Assembly: GCF_048593235.1 (NCBI RefSeq)
Contig: NC_133618.1
Span: 513,565,675-513,629,674 of the forward strand
From: Sminthopsis crassicaudata
Lineage: Eukaryota
Reading direction: 5' to 3'
DNA length: 64,000 nucleotides
Within the stretch, counting starts at the first letter, position 1. Each line of letters starts with the position of its first letter. The position numbers and the translations under genes were made by a program. Under the pieces are notes generated by a model, which was not told the origin of the DNA, did not search any database, and was given only the letters and a program-made list of their open reading frames with translations. Shown piece by piece: positions 11,001 through 22,400 of this stretch.

Positions 11001-14000
11001 CCATAGACATACACATCCACAGAGAGCAGGGAATACACAAGGCATAACCTCCCTCCCCCCCCCATCCCTTGGGGATAGATGGTCAGCGTTGGGTCCTAGG
11101 AAGCAGGGGGGAAGCAGAGCAGTTATGTAACAGGGAGTGGGGAGGGCAGGGGGAAGGGAGAAGGCAACACTGAGGCTGCCTTGGCCGAACAGAGGTGGGA
11201 ATACAGCTCTCGGGGGGCCCTGGGCAGAAGCAGTGAAATGCCCAGACTGAGACAGATGGGAGAAGGGCCAGAAATATCATGGCCTGCCCCCTTCCATGCT
11301 CTTCTCCCCCCCCCCAACCCCTGCAGATTTGTAGCCCCACCTCTTCCCCTCCTATCTGCCTCTTCTTGGATCACTCTCATTATCTTCAGTCAAATTTGCA
11401 AACTTCCTAAAGCTAAATAAATGTCAATGGTTATTACTCTGACTAGTACAGCCTAATGGTTACAGTGCTCAATTCAGAGTTGGGAAGAGTGAATTCAAAT
11501 CCGGTCTCTTACTAGCTGGATGGGCAAGTCACTTAACATTTCAGCCTCAGCCTTCCCACTTATTTGGGACCTAATTTTTTGATGTTTGCAAACCAATAAA
11601 TTGCTATAGGGATGTCTTTTTTCTTTTTCTTCCCTGAAGCAGTAATTAGAGAAGGAGTGGGCTATGTCCTGGTTGGGAGTCTCTGGGGATGGACGACATA
11701 GTATGGATGGGAGTACAGTAGGGGGTGGTATCCGGGGTGTCAGGGCTGGAATCAGAGTTGGAGAAGGCATATCAGGGTGCAGCATTTGTGGGAGATGGAA
11801 TAAGAACTCAGAGTAAGAATCAGAAGATTTGAGCCATGCTTCTGGTGGTGAAACAAAGGCTAGACACAGCAGCCTCTGTTGGGCAGCTGCACCACCACTT
11901 CTGCTACCATTAGGGTTTCGCCAGCAATCTTCAGATCCTCCAGAAGCAGGAATCGGTTCTCTTTTTGACTCTTCCCTCAACACCCATCTCACTTCCACCA
12001 GCCACCGAGGGACCCTTGCTCTCCCTTACCAAGTTCAGTGGCCAGCACAGTGAGATTGTGCCAGGCTCGAGCTTCACGATCCAGAGGCACAGACGTCCGG
12101 ATGGTGCCGTCCTCAGGCTCAATGGAGAAGCAGCGCTCGGGGTCTGAGTGGGGGAGGATGGAGTATCTGGAGAGAAGGGTGTCGGAATTAGTAGCTGGGG
12201 ATGGAGCAGGAACTACCTGGAGGGAGGCTCAAGAGCTCATCTAATAACTGACCTCCACTGGGCTTTGTGCTTTTGTCCTTTCTTTACAGCAACTCTGAGT
12301 TGCCAGGCTAAGTATTAGGATCAAAGACTTAGAGCCAGAAGGAAATTTAGAAAGCAGAACTTCTGTATTTTACAGATGAGGAAACTGAGGCCCAAAGAGA
12401 TTAAACTGACTTGTTCAATATCATATTGGTAGTTAAATGAGATAGTTAGGATTTGACCTCAATCCCCCAATTCCAAATAGCCTTGTTTCTCCCATGCTAG
12501 ATGAAGCCATTCTATGAAGGGGAAATTGGAATACAGAGAACTTAAGTAATTGCCCCTGGTGCCCAAGGAATGAAGAAGGAAGCAGTGATGTTTCCCCAAC
12601 ACCATGGATACTAGGGTTTGGAATATCTCGATGCCAATCTCCTAGGTTAATTCTCATAGCTGCACTTGGCAAAAAAATTGAGCTCTTTGGAATCAGGGCC
12701 AGATTCACTAGTAGAATCCACCTGGCATAATTTCTGGAGCCCCAGGAGGGTCCCTTTGCTTTAAATTATCTCCTCACTGGAGGATTACTTTGACTGAAAT
12801 CAGTCCTCTTTGGGTAAGCCACCTAGCCAGATACATCTCTGGGAGGGAGAACAGAATAAATTGTGAGCAGTCATTAACACCTTAGGAGGAATCACTTAAT
12901 CAGATCCTTAGAATATGAATAAATAAGTTTACCAGATTTTAAGACTTCAGTATCTATGGGAAATGGTAGAAATGGAGGTATAGAGGGTGAGCTTTACCTG
13001 GAAAGACAGGACTGAGTAGGGTGTTATGGTGTGGATTGGGAGGAAAAGGAACAAGGGATGGAGGAGAGAAACAAACTTTCCTGTCTACAGTTTTGCTGAA
13101 GGTGGAGGGAAAAGTCCTGCTCCTGGAGTCAGAGGGTATCTCTGTCCAGAAAAGAGATCCAGAGGGACAGGGCAGCCTATCTACAGACTCCCCCAAATCT
13201 GGGTTGCCCTTGTGCTCATACAGTCTGTAGTACTTAGGACTGGGGGAGTAGGTCCTGAGGAAGTTCAACCATTGGTTTCTCCTGTCTTAATAGCATTGGG
13301 GAAAATGGATGCTTGTGGGGAAAGGGTTGAAAGGAAACCGAAGGAGATGAAAGTCTGGGAAGCTACTGGAGAGGGATAGGTCAGGAATTGAGAAGTTAAA
13401 GAAGGCCACAGACTAAAGAGGATACAAGGAGAAGCAGGGGCTAGGGGGGCATGGGGTGGGAAGAGCAGGAAGAGCACTAGAAAGTCTTTAAATTTTGATA
13501 TTAAATGACTCTGAGAAGCAAATGAGAGTGGGTTTTGAGCTATCATTCGCTATTGAATAGGATAGGGCTGTGGTCCCCTGAGACTCACCTGATGGGGCTG
13601 GCAGGTGAATCGAGGTCTGTAGCAGAGACACGGCCCACCAGGGTGCCAGGGGCACTGTTCTCAGGCACAGCCAAATGGTAGGTGGAGTGGGTAAAAACGG
13701 GTGGTTCTGGAGCATCCTGGACTGCCACACGGACAGAGGCCACATCCTTGAAGGGCCCACGACGCAGGTAGGCTGGATCTATGAGTGTATTTGTGGCCTC
13801 TACTCGGAAGGCATAGGATCTACGGCTCTCAAAATCCAAGGGCTAGGAGTGGGAGAAATCAGGTTGGTAGAGGCCGAGGTGGCACCCTGGAGCCCATTGT
13901 GTCCCTCCTAAACTGGATAGACTGCTCTGTCCTGGGCCTGGGACGCTGTCTGACCCCAGAATAAAGCCAAGGGTCTGGGACCAGACATGGTCTGGTGATA

Positions 14001-16315
14001 CAGTTCCCTTTCCTGGAAAGAATGGGAAGCCCTAAGATCTGGGAAGCCTCTGGGGATCCATTAAAGCAGGAGGAAGAATGATTCAATTAGAAGCATATAG
14101 ATGCTTACAAGCAGGGATGCTGGGTGGCCTGCCACCCCCTTCTCCCCCGCCAAGGTAATTAAATAGATAGGTGTGCATCTGGGGCAACGTCTCAGAAAGT
14201 GGAGCACAGAAGGTGGGAATTGGCTTGAAGTGGAGGGAGAGTGTGTCAGGTGGGGCACACCTTGCGAATGGTGAGGAGCCCATCTTGGCCTTGGGCATCA
14301 GTGCTGATACTGAAAGTCTCAGCTCCCTCCCCATCCAGGATGCTGTACGCCATGAGGGCATTGTCTCCCAGATCAGGGTCCTGGGCTCGAAGCCTGCCCA
14401 CTAGGGCCCCTGGTCCTGCAGTCTCCACCACTGAGAACTGGTATAGGCCTTTGAAGAGAAGGAGGAACAGACTCAGAACAGCCCCTTCTCCTTTCCCAGA
14501 TATTCCCATTTCCTAGAAAAAGTGGAAAGGAGGACCCTGGGAGAATTCCTCATTCCTTTTGCTTCCATTTCTCTAGAAAGCTCCCTTGAGTGTCTCCCTT
14601 CACCCTGGTTTGTAGGGAATCATAGAGATGAGCAGAAGGCTTCCCCAGGGCTACCTTCCCCCCTCTCAAGAGAAGTGGCCTGAGGGGAATGATTCAGAGT
14701 ATGAGGGAAATATAGATAGAGGGGCTAAGAAATAGAAGTCCAGGCCTAGTCAGATAATAGACTCCAAGAGCTAGCAGACTCAGGCAGCCCAGAGAAGAGG
14801 ACAAAGAGGGATTGGAGTTGGTGGCCTTACTTTGAGGGAATTTGGGGGGGGTTGTCATTGACGTCGCTGAGAGTGACAGTGACCGTGGTGCTGCCCGACA
14901 GCCCCCCCATGTGGCCACCCATATCCTTGGCCTGAATCACCACCAGGAACACTTCCTGAGTTTCCCGGTCCATGTTGGGGATTGCGGTCCGGACCACTCC
15001 TGAAAGGAGAGGGATATGATGCTAAGTTAAAGACAGAGAGGGGAGTTTTTCTGATCCCCATTCTCACCCTTCATCAGGCATCCTTTAGAGCCTTTCCCTC
15101 TGCTGCTTCCAAACCTCACCAGTCTGGGGATCCACAGAGAAGAAAGGCAGCCCATCCAGCACCGTGTACACCAGCTTGGCGCTATTCCCATAGCTAGGAT
15201 CATCGGCGTCTTGAGCTGTCACCTGAATCACTGATGTCCCTGCCAGGGAGTCTCCTGTCACCCCCAGCTCATAAGGGAGGGAAGGAGGGGGTCAGGAGAG
15301 AGGGGTGCGAAGATGGTTTGGGCAAGTGGCCATGGAGCATGTGTGGACTGATGGCCTGGGAGAGGAGGAAGGGAGGCAGTGCCCTGAAGAGAGGAAAGAG
15401 CCCTGAGCCATGGAGTGTGCAAGGGAGTATCCTAGAAGAGGGGAGGACATATTTTAGAAAGGTCTGGAGGAATGGGATGAACCTAGTCTGGAGAACATAT
15501 AAGTTGGGAGTGTATAGCTTGCTACGGGAGAGGCTTAAGGGGGAGAGAAGTCTGGCTTATGCCATAGGAAAAGTGGGGTGGGTGAAAAAAAGGCTTCCTC
15601 ACCAACATTGGACATCTCTGGCACAGTGGCATGGTAGGGCCCGAGGGGGAAGACTGGTGGGTTGTCATTGATGTCTTGCACTTTAATGATGAACTCAGAC
15701 GGTGGCTCTAAGGGCCGGTTGGAGGCTCTGTCCACAGCCTGGGCCAGGAGCACATACTGGGCCTTTTCCTCCCTGTCCAGGCTCTTGGTGACGTGGATGT
15801 TGCCAGTAGCCTCATCAATCACAAACACGGTACCTGCTCCCTCTCCTGTCAACAGGTATTTGGTTCGACCCTCACCACGATCCACGTCCGAGTGAAGCTG
15901 TAGAGGACACGGAGTTAGGGGTCAGATATGAGGGAAACACGGCGAGGAGAGAGAGCACAGCGAGGGGGATGGACACAGGGGATCAGAAGGCCCATGCTTG
16001 GCGACAAAGGTCTTGACCAAGGTGAGGGAAGGAAATGACGTGGGTCAAGCTAGGAGGAAGGGTCAAATGGTTGGGAAATTTGAGAATGTTTTGAGGGGTG
16101 GGATTAGTTCTTACTCTGCCAATGAGGACGGGTTCAGGGCCAGCATACTCCTCGATGACGAAGAACTGGTTCCAGACCCAGCTCCTTCTTGCCCGAAGCA
16201 GTGTGGGCCCCTGGCCCTCCCTGATCCCAGCCCATGCTTGGGCCGGGGCCACCAGCCTCCCTGCACAACCCCAGCTCCCCAGCCAGGCCAGCATCAGCCG
16301 CACAAAGACCCACAT
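8051..16315 (-). CDS. CDH24: Cadherin-24 (type II classical cadherin), 11 coding exons; 781 aa if the extra G at 14844-14851 is removed
   Basis: Coding exons, all GT-AG: 16315-16115, 15897-15603, 15239-15120, 14999-14831, 14448-14261, 13842-13589, 12166-12030, 9960-9839, 9755-9644, 8979-8731, 8550-8051. Motifs: signal peptide [13 protein letters not shown], furin site RARR|[25 protein letters not shown] calcium motifs, TM segment, p120 site [10 protein letters not shown], catenin site [13 protein letters not shown]. Sum is 2347 nt, one more than an in-frame 2346. Confidence 0.95.
11450..11590 (+). mobile_element. MIR relic in a CDH24 intron
   Basis: gtgaattcaaatccggtctcttactagctggatgggcaagtcacttaacatttcagcctcag is a MIR core. 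Confidence 0.6.
12355..12460 (-). mobile_element. MIR relic in a CDH24 intron
   Basis: tattttacagatgaggaaactgaggcccaaagagattaaactgacttg is a MIR core. Confidence 0.65.
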
Positions 16316-17039
16316 GCTTTGAACCCGGTTCTGGTGTTGGCTCAGCACAAGCTCTACTCACTGACCCACCAGCCCTCTCCCCACGGTGATGCTGTCCATG
16401 TGGTGGGTGGGGCCAGCAGGGCAGGCGTGTGGGGGCTACCCCATCAGTCCAAACCTGCAGAAAAGGGATTGGTTAGCAAGGGGGAAGGGCAAGATGCCCT
16501 CAACCCCCCCTCCCCCCGCTGGGCACAGGGTGACCACTCCCCAGCACCCTTACTGTTAGTGGGCTCAGTACTAAGAAAAGGAATTAAGGGTTTGGGGAAA
16601 AGAGAACAGATAGGACCAGAGAGGCTCGAATTGGAAGGGAGGCAGGGAAAGAGACAAGAGTCCCCACACCTGCGTGATCTATTCCCAGTCCCAGCCGGCC
16701 CCATCCCTCCCCCTGCACCATCCCTATGCTCACCTCTGGCCCTCCAAGTTGCCAAATTTCTGGTCAGTCACAGTGCAGCCGGAGAGCTGGGGAGAAAGGA
16801 GAAAGATGGGGAGAGGGTCAGTCCGAGGGGAGGGCCCGAGTGCTCTTCCTCTAGCCCAGCTGCCCCTCCAGCACAGGGTGACCCGGGCGCGGTGACTAGG
16901 ATCTCTGCCCAGGGAGCCGAGGAGGAGGGACTGGGGAAAAGGGCTGGGGCAAACTGGCCGGGCTCAGAGGGGCTTGTTCCGGGGGGTGTGGCCTAGGATA
17001 TTGGGGGGGGGGGGTTGAGAGGCCAAGTGGAGGGAAGGG

Positions 17040-18500
17040 AAGCAAAATGGGGGGGGGGGAGATAAGGCCTAAAGCAAGAGGCGACCCCTGCGCCCGGCTC
17101 CTGCGCCCAGCGCCTGCCCCGTTCCCAGCACTGGGGGGCTCAGTCCGCAGCGCGCGGACACCCCTTGGCGCTCCGGCGGGGACTAGCGCGGCCCGGGCTG
17201 GGGGGGGGGGGGGCGAGGAACCGCCGAGAGGCGAGAAGAGGAGCGAGGGAGGACCGGGCGAAGGCAGAGGATGGTGGTGGTGGCGAGAGCGCCGGGGGAC
17301 GCACAGACCGGAGCCGGAGCCGATGCGCAGCTCGTGGTGACGGGATCCCGAGGGCCGGGGTCGGGTCGGGACAAGAGGGAACTTCAGAGCCCGAGAAGCG
17401 GGGGCTGCGCGGGGAAGGTACGGAGGAAGGGAGCCCGTCCCGTCCTCCTCCGCCCGCCCCTCTTCTCCCGAGACCCTCACCTGACAGCCGCGCGCCCGCT
17501 GGGAAGCGGCACCGGGAGGAACCGGGGCGGGGGACAAGAGGGCGGTTAGGGCAGAGGGGCAGAAAAGGGCGCGCCGCGATGCCCGGGAGAGGGGAGGGAT
17601 GGGAGCGGGACTGGAGAGAGGGAGAGCGGAGACGGGGAGAGACCGGAGAGGGCGGGAGAGCCGGGGCTGTCCGCCGGGCGCTCCGGTGTCGTCCCTCCGC
17701 CGAGACCGCAGAGCCCCCTCCCGGCTCGCTGACCCCGCCGCTCTGGGGCTGGCGCGAGGTCCGCTTACCTGGGCTGGGCGAGGGTCTCTGCCTCCTCTCC
17801 CGGCAGGAGGCTGGGGCGCCCAGCCCGGCACCTCCCCCCGCCCCTCGGCCACTCGCGACAGAAGCGCAGAGACCCAGACTGAGGCGGCGATCGGGAGGAC
17901 GCGGAGCCCGCTCGGAGGGAGCGGGAGCCACGGCTCTGCTGCAGGTCTGAGCGGCCCCGGCGAGAACAAGAGCTAGACGGAGCGGCGGGCGGAGGGGGGA
18001 GCGAGAGAGGGGGCGGGGAGGAGGAGGCTCCGCCTGCAGAGGGAGGAGGGGGGAGGAGGACGACGGCGGGAGGAGGGGGAAGACAAACGGGAGAGAGGGA
18101 GGGAAAAGAGAAGAAAAAGAGAAGGAAAAAAAGAAGGGGGCGCAGAGGAGGGGGAGCCGGCTGCTCTTTTCCTTCCCAGTAGACCCCCCCAGCCATCACG
18201 GCCGCGTTGCCTCCTCTCCCCCCTCAGGGTCACTTTAGGCGGAGGGTGACCCTCAGCCATACTTAGGGCATCACTTTGGGGAGCGCAGACTCCGGGGTGT
18301 CCGGATGGGGGCGGCCTGGGAGGGGGACAGCAGTCTTTAGGGACTGTATCCGAGAGGGGCCAAGGGGTCGGAACGGACCCGGGAAGGACGTGATTTCCTG
18401 GGGCGGCCATCAGGAGAAAAGGAGCCTGCGCTTCGGGACAGTCAGCCTCGGTATTCAGCACGTGGGGCGACTGCCCCCTGGTGGCAGACGCGGGGAAGTT
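17040..18500 (-). promoter_or_regulatory. CDH24: CDH24 CpG-island promoter and non-coding 5' exons (donors after 17769 and 17481; acceptor before 16454)
   Basis: Very GC- and CpG-rich with GC boxes. AG|gtaagc at 17769, CAG|gtgagg at 17481, ctgcag| acceptor into the first coding exon. Confidence 0.75.
18471..18487 (-). promoter_or_regulatory. Near-consensus CTCF motif between the ACIN1 3' end and the CDH24 promoter
   Basis: Minus strand reads CTGCCACCAGGGGGCAG. Confidence 0.65.
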
Positions 18501-18871
18501 ACCAACTCAGAGCGGGATGGTGCAGACAGTGCCATGGCTGAACTTGTTACGGGGTGAAGGGGGTGTTCTCTCCTCCACACTTCCCTCTCTTTCAGCTGAG
18601 GTCATCACGTCTCCCTCCCATTTCCCAAAGACCTTTCACTGGCCCTCTCCAGGTGGAAAGAAATAAGACAATTTTCTAGACTGGTGCAAATTCCGTGCCA
18701 AATGCAAGCGTGGAGGGGCTAAGAGCAGCCTGTACAACTCCTGACTTCCGGTAGTGACCTCAACAGTGGTGCTTTGGGACCACCCGCCTAGCCCTCTTGT
18801 ACCTCTTCTCCTCTCAAGCCACTAGCTCCCAAGGACACCCAACAGCACAATAGGTAAAACTAAGTCAGATT

Positions 18872-18877
18872 TTTATT
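18872..18877 (-). terminator. ACIN1: ACIN1 polyadenylation signal AATAAA
   Basis: tttatt on +, about 600 nt after the stop codon and preceded by U-rich tracts on the sense strand. Confidence 0.65.
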
Positions 18878-19484
18878 TTTTTTCCATAGACCACATCATT
18901 TAATAATAAAAAAAATAAAAATAAAAATTGAACAGAAGGAAAAGGTGGATATAAAGTGGAACTTGTGGGCCAGGTGGAGGCTTTAGGGCAAGACTTCAGG
19001 AACTGCAGGAGCCTGGGACTTTGGAGGAGAGATGCTGATTCAGCTCATAGGTGCCCCAGTCCTGACCCCAGCTATTCCTGAGGGGAGCTGAGAGAGGACA
19101 GGGTAAGAGGGATCAAGTTATAAGGAAAATGAAAGACAGGAGATAGAGATGAGGGAGATGTGGAGGATGCTGAGTCCCCTGGCTGCTTCCCATTGTTAAG
19201 ATTAACCTTTACCCCCACCCCCCTCCCCCCAGAATGGGTCTTAGTCCTACACAGATCCAGAAATGGGGTCTGGGGAAAAGGCTGAAGGGCACATGGGGCA
19301 GCACACAGCCACTTCTCCCTCTCTGTTCTGTGAACAAAAAGAGGGACACGCTTCAGCATGGGTAATTCTGTGCAATACCCTCAGGAGTCAAGGTGGTGGC
19401 AGTGTGCCCATCCAGTTGTGGCTCTTACCACCCACCAGCAGGGTGGCTGATGCCTGAGGCTTTCCTTAGGGTAGGGGGTTCCAG

Positions 19485-22400
19485 CTAGCGGCGCCCACCC
19501 CTGTCACGCACTGGGGTGCTGCGGCTGCGGCTTCGACTGTGCCTTTTGGTGTCCCGACGATCCCTCTCACGGCCCCTTTCCCGATCCCGATCCCCCCGGT
19601 CCCTCTCCCGTTCCCGCTCTCTTTCCCTCTCTCGGCTGTGCTCGCGACGTTTCTCCCTCTCTAGCTGCCTGCTCCTCTCTCGCTCAGCCTCCTTCTCCCG
19701 TTCTTTCTGTTCTTCTTCTTCCTGTTCTTTTCGCCGTTTCTCACGCTCTTTGGCCCGCTCAGCCCGTTCGGCCTCCTTCTGAACAATCTGTGGAGCATGC
19801 AGGGGGAGTTAAAGAATGTTTGCTGCCTGTGCTTTTTAGCAGAGTGACCATGCCCATTCCTGTAACCCTGCCCACTCCCTTTTCCAGGGCCCTTGGGCTG
19901 TCTCCAGTTTTTATAAAAGAGAACACTAACCTGGCAGTCAGTCAGAGGAAGCCAGTAGATGCAGGGTGCTGCCTTGGTCTTACGGAACAAGTCATCCAAC
20001 AGCTTGGCAGGTGGCTCCTCCTGGGCTTTTTCTGTACAGACAGCAAATGGTTAGATTCTGGGTGAGCCCAGCCCTGATAAGTGGGCACAACTGCTACGGT
20101 CCAGCAGCTAGGGATGCAATACCTTTCTTTTCGCTCTTCTTCTCTTTGGACTTGGCTCGTTCCTTGCGGCGGCGGTCACGGGAGCGAGATCGGGAACGGG
20201 GCCCTTCACGAACCTTGTCCCGGTCCCACTCCCGTTCTGAGCGAGTACGTTCCCGTCGCTCCATCTCTCGCTCCCGCTCTGCCCACTGCTCCCGCACTGC
20301 CCGCTCCTGCTCCCTCTGCTCTGCCCTTGGATGATGAGGTGGCTGGGCTGGGGGCGGGGGCGGAGGGTGCAGGGGCCGTGGGCCTCCCTGCTCTTCAGTT
20401 TTAGGCTCAGAGGGTCGATCTGGTAAGAGGCCTCGGTGAAAATCCAGCTGTTGATAAAGAAGGGCAAATAGTGGGAGTGAAAACACTCTTAAGTAAATCT
20501 TAGTGGCATCTCTTCAGCAATTGTTATGAGATCAACTACGGGAGAAAGAATCTTTCTCTGTGAAGATCATGACCAAGGTGTCAGGGAAAATCCTCAATGA
20601 AAGGACTCTGGTGCTCTGGGTCCTCAGTTAGAATATGGGAAGATAAGATGCCCACCTTTTTTATCTTTTTCTTTCTAGGTTTCATACCTCATCCTGCTCT
20701 GCATAATCAGCACAGAGGAATTTGGGATTGCTCTGGGGCCATTTGACTCCATGTAGAGCTGTTCGAGTGGCAACAGCTTCCTCTACTGTTGAATACTGAT
20801 AAAAGAGCAGAGAAAACGATCACTTATATAAGCTTTCAGTTCAGTCACCATCCTACATCCAAGACCAGATCCCAAAGGACCCCAATAACTCTCTCCAGAG
20901 AGAAGTTCTTCTTCCTCACCGTGACATAGCAATGAGATTTGATTTTATCTATCCAAAAGGCTTCTTCCACAAGGGTTCCTGTACGACCCAGCAACTCCTT
21001 CAATTGGCCTAATGTAAAAGGACGAACCTGCCAATGAAAATGGGACGTCAAAAGCCACAAAGGAAAAAAGAGCTGAAATGTAGTCATTCTTTGTATTTCT
21101 CCAGACCCTGTAGGAATTCAGGCAGAATGCTTGGGAATGGATAATCTTTAGTGAAGGGTGGGGTTGGAAAAGACTTACCAAATTGGAGATATGGACAATG
21201 TTATTGATCTTGCCCCGAGGTGGTGAGGGCACCTGGGCTGTACGGACAGGATCATCAATTGTGATAGACACACCAGACTTCTGCTGGCTGATTGAACGCC
21301 GGGTCAGTGTGTCTCCCAGGGTCACTGCAAAAACAAAAAGCAGGAATGGTTGTCAGCAATAATCATACACATAACTATTTGATTATTACCTTCTCCACTA
21401 CACCTTCTTAGAAATCACCTTTTTTTACTTCATGCTCCACAGGTGGAGGCAAGGCAACTTCTACAGAAACCTGGGGTGCTTCAGGGGGCTCAACTTCAGG
21501 TTCTTTTTCTTCCTCCTCTTCTTCACGTTGTCCATTTTCCTGGCCCTCTGCTGGCACCACCTATAGAAGGGGAAAGTAAGAGAGCATCAGGGGCTTGGAG
21601 GCATTTCCTAACAATCATGTCATGTTAATAACCCTGACTTTTTCTGGTGAAGAAGAGAAGTATGGTAGATCTCAGAAGCTGTTTCTAAAATGCTAGGAAT
21701 GATGTTAAACGAGGCTTGTCATCTGTCCCTATTTGTGATAAGAAATACTGAATCAATGGAAAAAGAGACACAGTTCAAATTCTGACTCCTACCTCAACTG
21801 CCACCCTGTTCCCAGCCACTTCCAAATAGGGAGCCTCTCCATAACCTGGCTCCTTAGCACACCAAGCCTTTTTACCTGAGTAACAGTCCGGCATATCTTC
21901 AGCCCCTTGTCGTGGGTTCCATCCTCACCATTACGTTCTGTCTCATCTTCAGAAATCCTTGAGTCATCAGCATGTAGATCCACAATGGCCTCCTGCCCCG
22001 CCAGGGGTTTGATGTCGGGGATAAGGCTCTGGGACACAGATACCCCCCCACCCCGTTACACTGGGCCCATGTCTACTCCCACCTCCCCACATCCCACCCC
22101 TCAGGCTTTTCCCACCTCACCTTGAGAGACTCAGTGGTGATACTGATGGAGGGCTTCTTCTGCGTGGTGGCTGTGCTAGCCCCCCAACGCCGCTTCCGTC
22201 CTGGTTGTCCTCCTTCTGTGTCACTATTTCCAGCTGGTACCCCTTTGGTAGCCGCTATCCCCAAGAAACAAGGCTCAATTATGAGATGGTCAAGAGCTTT
22301 ATATTGGTTCCCTCTGTAACCCCACTGATCCATCTTTAATTTGGGATTTTTAACACAGTTAAACTAAGGCAAACCACCTTAGGGAATTATAGAAAACTTG

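Noticed and set aside
9961-12029. The 38-aa insert of the long human CDH24 isoform
   Set aside because: No AG at the 114-nt position above 9960 and no convincing peptide match; only the short form is supported.
15998-18461. Long ORFs (332, 357, 263, 261 aa) around the CDH24 promoter
   Set aside because: Low-complexity G/P/R/A products expected in a stop-poor CpG island; no domain signal.
19432-19447. CCACCAGCAGGGTGGC as a CTCF site in the ACIN1 3' UTR
   Set aside because: Spacing is one base off the core consensus.
19516-20404. Plus-strand S/R/L-rich ORFs
   Set aside because: Antisense or alternative frames of the ACIN1 RS/RE-rich exons 17 and 19.
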